Positions 58,967-64,000 of a DNA stretch of 64,000 bases are shown here, one piece after another; position 1 is the first letter of the stretch, and the number at the start of each line of letters is the position of its first letter. Location of the stretch: NCBI GenBank assembly GCA_030141605.1, contig JAQGDQ010000083.1, positions 434,001-498,000 of the forward strand. Direction: 5' to 3'. Source of the stretch: Tubiluchus corallicola (Eukaryota; Animalia; Priapulida). Position numbers and translations under genes: made by a program. The notes below the pieces were generated by a model. That model searched no databases. It saw nothing but the letters and a program-made list of their open reading frames with translations, and had not been told where the DNA came from.

Positions 58967-59950
58967 TTATTGCAACTTCTACAGACTTAAAAAGGCAGTT
59001 GCAAGGCTTTTGTGAGTGAAAGTCATTATGAACAACTTTACAAAATCACAAAAAGACAGATCGCGTCTTCTCAATATTAGAAGAGAGAGATTTTTGTTAC
59101 AGAGTTGGAGCAAGCAGAAAAGACGATTCTCAGCTACATCCTATGACGACACTTTACTCAGGAATGATCCTATGATGACACTTTACTCCTACTTATCTGC
59201 AGGACAGCCTCTCTCCAAATCGAGGAAGATAGCAAAGTTAAATCCCGTCCCGACCAAGGATGGCCTCATCGTTGTTGGAGGGCGACTTAGAAATGCAGCG
59301 CTATCTAAGGCTGCCAAACATACTCGTCTCTAAGTGTCAAACATCTCCGAGGCTGCCTGAGTGTCGTTGTCTCTACGCACACCTAGAGAGCTAGAAAATG
59401 GCAGATTTGCCAGATGATCATGTAGAAGGAACTCACACTTTTGAGTGTGTAGATGTTGATTGCTTTGGAACCTTTTATGTCGTCAGAGGGCGTGCGAAGG
59501 TTAGGCGATATGGCCGTATTTTTACTTGCACCACCACAAGAGCAGTTCACCTAGAGATCCTATATACCCTTGTGACCAGCTCTTTTATTCAAGCGCTGCA
59601 ACGTTTCATAAGCCGAAGAGGTCCACCAAGAATAATCAGGTTTGATCGGGGTACAAATTTTGTTGGCGCCCATGAGGAACTTCTGATTCTATTTCAGAAT
59701 GGAATCACAGTCAAATTAAAAGTACTCTACGACGGAAAGATGTGGAGTGGATCTTCAACCCTGCTTCAGCTAGCCATTTTGGTGACTTCTTCCAGTGCAT
59801 GATTAGAAGTGTAATGACTAGTTTTTAGTCAGCCTCCTGGAACAGCAAACAGTAGACGACGAAGTACACTTGTTCTGCCTAGTTGAAGCCATTTTGAACA
59901 GCGGCTCCCTTCCCATTGTTTCAGACGATCCAAATGACTTACAAACCCCC
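58967..59950 (+). mobile_element. Decayed BEL/Pao LTR-retrotransposon pol (RNase H-integrase region)
   Basis: YRLKKAVARLL*VK; IAKLNP...DGLIVVGGRLRNA; MADLP...VDCFG...IFTCTTTRAVHLE...FISRRGPP...DRGTNFVGA; VEAILNS...SDDPNDL. Contains stops, frameshifts and deletions; no LTR pair was recognised. Confidence 0.9.
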
Positions 59951-60408
59951 TGCACTGCCAGCTGGCAGCTTTAAGTGCAGAACTAATACAATAAGAATCA
60001 GCCGAGTAACACATATAGTTATACCAAAGTGCATGAATGGATGTCAAAGCAAAGAAGCAAGTAGGTTTCAAGTAGGGGCAAGGCCGTGAGACCCAAAAAA
60101 GGCCTGCATGAGTTTAAACAGCTGGAACTGGTCAAGAGTTGGATCAGTAAGAAAAAAATGCTGTGTACAGCTAATGCAATGCTACATAATAACAAAAATG
60201 CTGTACAAATGCCACATATACTCGGGTCAAAACTTTAGCAGTCTTTTGATTAGAAGAAGAATAAAATAAGCTATCGTTATTAGTGATAGAATACAGTAAC
60301 GAGAAGAACAATTAAATCTTGCTTTTACAGATCATATAGCAATACTGTTTCTATTAGTTTAGTTTGCCCAGTGTTCTAGCAAAAACTCAGGCCTGTATTA
60401 ATATACTA

Positions 60409-61164
60409 CTAGCAATGGCCCCGCAAAGTATTTTGCGTATAAATACTGTAACACTTATAACCAAAAATACGCAAACATCCTACATAGTCCTCATTTATAA
60501 GGCAAAGACAGTTGCAGCGGCTTTTACTGAATTAAAGTTATAAAGTTCTAGACAGAACAATTCAAAACGTCAGCAGTTTTCCAAGCGAGAATTGCCGAAA
60601 ATGAACCTCTGATCAACTCGTCCCAGCTCTTTTTGGTGGAAGCGCCCTAAAACGGAATCCGCACCGTCGCATAGCCCAGTTTCTCCTCTTTCCAACGAGC
60701 TGTGTGTCGCCTTCCGTGAGTCCCACCAGGCGCCGCTAGAACGTTTATTGTGCAGGCTGTTTGGCCAAACTTTCGAAAAAATCGGTTGTTGGGGCCCGGG
60801 AAAACGCCTGTTGTGGGACGCCGTGGTCCTCTCGCAAATTCTTAGTATGCCTACTACACCCACCACTGAACGGGCTATGCAACCATTACCAGCACCACCC
60901 TCAGCCCATTCCCCTTATCTCGAAATAAGAGGTAAGCAAATTGCAAATTTTTGCGAAAAATTGTCAAAATGAGCGTTTTTGGAGGTTTTCGCCCCCCCCC
61001 CGTTCGTCCCGGTGGGCCCGATTCGAAAAATAAACCCCCAATGGCAAATCTGTGAGTCTAGACCTTTCGTTTGACACACAGATCGTCGAGAATGGTGCCG
61101 TCGTTGGAGCTGTAGCCTCGTCGGTTACATATATACCCTACACCACCCTGATTAATATATGCGA
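60409..61164 (-). mobile_element. Non-autonomous Helitron
   Basis: On the minus strand A|TCGCATATATTAA ... hairpin CGCAAAATACTTTGCG - GGGCCATTG - CTAG|T: 5'-TC, 3' hairpin plus CTAG, A/T insertion site, no TSD. Confidence 0.75.
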
Positions 61165-62483
61165 TTAGCCAAACCCGGCAAAAGAATTTTGCGCATAAAC
61201 TCACAAGAAAAACCAACACCACACCACACCAACCAGCCACACCACTCAAAGTACTCCTCACCATACACAACACCATACCACCCACACCACCCACACCATA
61301 GCACACCACCCACAAAACACACCACACCCACCACAGTACACCAACACCACCCACACCACACTGCCCACAGCCTGCCACCTCATCAGATTATCCACACCAC
61401 ACCACTACCACCACAGTACACCAACACCACCCACACCACACTGCCCACAGCCTGCCACCTCATCAGATTATCCACACCACACCACTCAGACCGCACTAAA
61501 CCACACCCACCACACCACTACACCAACCCCCCACACACGCTACCACCCCACCACACCATCCACAGCACACCCTCGCCACCACACCACAACATACAACACC
61601 CACCACATCATATGGTGATCATGATGTTGATGACGATGATGATGACGACGACAACGATGACGACACCTACAGCACCAACACCAACAGTACAGCATCAGAG
61701 TGAAACCGTTCAAAATATTTTGCATAAAGTCGAAACCGTGTCCTATAATAATGAGTCTGTCTATCAATGATCAATAATGCACAGACATTCTACATAGTTT
61801 TGTTTGCTGCTTCTCAGATGACAAGAGGCTAACAGAACTTACTTGTAAAATCTGTAACATTGTAGAACTACAGGTGAAGACAATTCCTGGAACAGCCGCG
61901 TGATTCAAAGACAATGGATGTTCCAAATAACGTGCAGCACAGGGGGTAAAAAAGAATTTCGAAATACACCCCCTCGTTTCATCTAGTATACATTTCTCCT
62001 AATAAAACCACCAACAGTTTGTCCACCGTTTGGTCCTCTTTCTGCTGGCGTGCCTATTTTTTCCCATCATACCAAAACTGTTGCACAGATTGAGTTTTTC
62101 TAGAGGCTGTTTGAGCATTTTTCTGAAAAATTTGCGTGGTTGGGTCCTGGGAAAACGCCCGTCACGGGATGCCGTGGCCCTCCCGCGAAATCTAGAGATG
62201 ACTATAACACCCACCGTTGAATTGGCTATCTAGCCACTACAATCAGCACCCGGGGAACATTCCCATTCTCTAGAAATAAAAGGTATAAGTTTTACAAACA
62301 AAGTCGAAAAAGGGCATTTTTTGAGGTTTCTCGCCATCCGTTCGTCCCCTTGGGTTCTGTTCGAACAATAAGTCCCCAATGGCAAATCTGTGGGTCCTTT
62401 GGTTTTTCGCCGAGAATGATGCCGTCGTTGGAGCTGTAGCCTCGTCGGTTATATATCACAATATATCATAAAAAAACATACGA
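61165..62483 (-). mobile_element. Second, diverged Helitron copy abutting the first, carrying a CACCA-rich simple repeat
   Basis: Begins TTAGCCAAACCCGGCAAAAGAATTTTGCGCATAAA (cf. CTAGCAATGGCCCCGCAAAGTATTTTGCGTATAAA); 62080-62456 aligns with 60730-61135. The outer boundary is uncertain. Confidence 0.6.
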
Positions 62484-63519
62484 TGATTTTATACCAATAC
62501 GAATATCATAGTTTTTTTTTATATTATTGCTGAAAGGTTTCTGCTGACTACATGAAGAAAAGGAAAGAGAAAACAGAGTACAAATTAAAGGACGTATTAG
62601 TCATGTTATATATTGGTTGTAAGTATTTGATAATAGAAACACATTATAATACATACTGGTACTACGATGCAGAAAAATTTAACTATTTAATGTAATGTAT
62701 TTTTGTGCTGCGCCTATTTAATAAAATGTAACCCGAGTACAACACAAATATTATATGCACAACCATAATTATGTTGTTAATCATGTTTACCATGTTTGCA
62801 GTGGAGATTGTGTCAGATTACTAAATTACGTTTTTTTTTTCTGATGGACTAATTAAACTAAAATGAGTAAAGGGAGATCATCAAAAAGAAGAAACTACAT
62901 GAAGCCCTAATCACACTCGTATTTCAGTGTCTTCGTCGGAGAAGATTCGTATTGCTCGACTGAAGGCACGCCATCTAATGGAGGAACAATTGGGCAGAAG
63001 CCACGTCGACTTCAGCGATGATGACGGCAGTGATTAAACTTTAAACACAAATATACAATGTATTCCCGATGCGAGCTATGGACGTTAAATTTCTTAACGT
63101 CGCACGTGCCCTCAAGACTTTTCTATTTTGAACAAGAAACCAGTTTCAAAGTTAAAATGTTAAAATGAGAAGTAACGAATATAGATATAGGTTTTTGGTT
63201 ATTTATGTATAGTTATATTTATACTTAGCCCACTTATTGGATAACGTTAACACACTGAATCGCAAAGTAATTTTGTCAGACTTATAAAGAAAGAAAATGC
63301 AATTTAATATTACGTGACATTGTGATAGATATTATTAAAGGACAAATCAACTTTCAATATTATATATTAGTGAGGGGAAGTTGTTCGTGAAGGGAAGCGT
63401 TGACGGACCTACGTCTGACTGTACATGTGTAGTTGTATACAGTCAGACCAAGCCCCCCCCCTCTTCACTAAAAATGTCTCAGTTGACCAACGTACATAGA
63501 CAGGAAACAATAGACACAA

Positions 63520-63680
63520 TACGTGCTTAGAGACGGATGGCGATGATATTGTGGAGGAGTTGCTAATAGACCACAACATTGAGTTCACCTCCGAGGAACT
63601 CTCAAGACCTTCTCAATGACCAGCAACAGATGGCAGTTAAAAAAATACCACTAAAGGAGTAAGATGGAAGGCAAGATATT
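63520..63680 (+). mobile_element. pogo/Tigger transposase C-terminal remnant
   Basis: LETDGDDIVEELLIDHNIEFTSEEL(fs)QDLLNDQQ resembles the Tigger-type DDVEELL...ELTxEEL motif; frameshifted, with a stop. Confidence 0.5.
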
Positions 63681-63828
63681 CAGAAGCCCAATGAGTTTAA
63701 GGAAGGTCCTAGTACAGCAAAGGAAAACACCAGGTGGAAAGTTAATAGACATGTACACGCTAGGTAACTCCCATTAGCTGCAATTAAATTCATTCTGCAT
63801 GAAGTCTGACATACAACTCATGTGTAAA

Positions 63829-63833
<5 letters not shown>

Positions 63834-63900
<67 letters not shown>

Positions 63901-63902
63901 TC
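63834..63902. repeat. (CT)n microsatellite
   Basis: Directly visible. Confidence 0.95.
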
Positions 63903-64000
63903 GTTCTGGTCGGTTGTGTAAAAATAATCGCAGAGATCTTAGTTTTAAGAACGTTTAAGATTAATCACAGTTGTTTCTTATTTTCATTAACAGTATAATA

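Noticed and set aside
61159-61770. 203-aa His/Pro/Thr-rich ORF
   Set aside because: Low-complexity CACCA and GAT repeats inside a Helitron-like element; no domain features or splice context.

Overview
AT-rich eukaryotic (invertebrate-animal-like) genomic DNA; the species cannot be determined from the sequence. Bases 299-45605 (+) hold the 3' part of one large intron-rich gene, which I reconstructed by hand as 38 GT-AG exons (5900 coding nt, about 1965 aa, frame intact throughout). It encodes 10 tandem MAM-like domains, a Thr/Glu-rich stalk, one transmembrane helix and a ~65-aa tail ending in TTEF*. The start codon and signal peptide lie upstream of the window. The domains form a higher-order repeat, A-B-C-D-linker-E-F-A'-B'-C'-D'-stalk. 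Some paralogous exons 31-34 kb apart are 96-98% identical while neighbouring exons are 77-80% identical and the introns are otherwise unalignable, which points to patchy gene conversion. The introns and the downstream 18 kb contain many non-autonomous transposons (hAT, piggyBac, pogo/Tigger, Kolobok-like, Harbinger, Helitron), LINE remnants and microsatellites. Also present are a Penelope-like hammerhead-ribozyme relic, a divergent pair of tRNA-like units, and an intronless glycogenin fragment joined directly to a decayed BEL/Pao retrotransposon pol. All coordinates and difference counts are manual, and family names come from recalled motifs rather than database searches.
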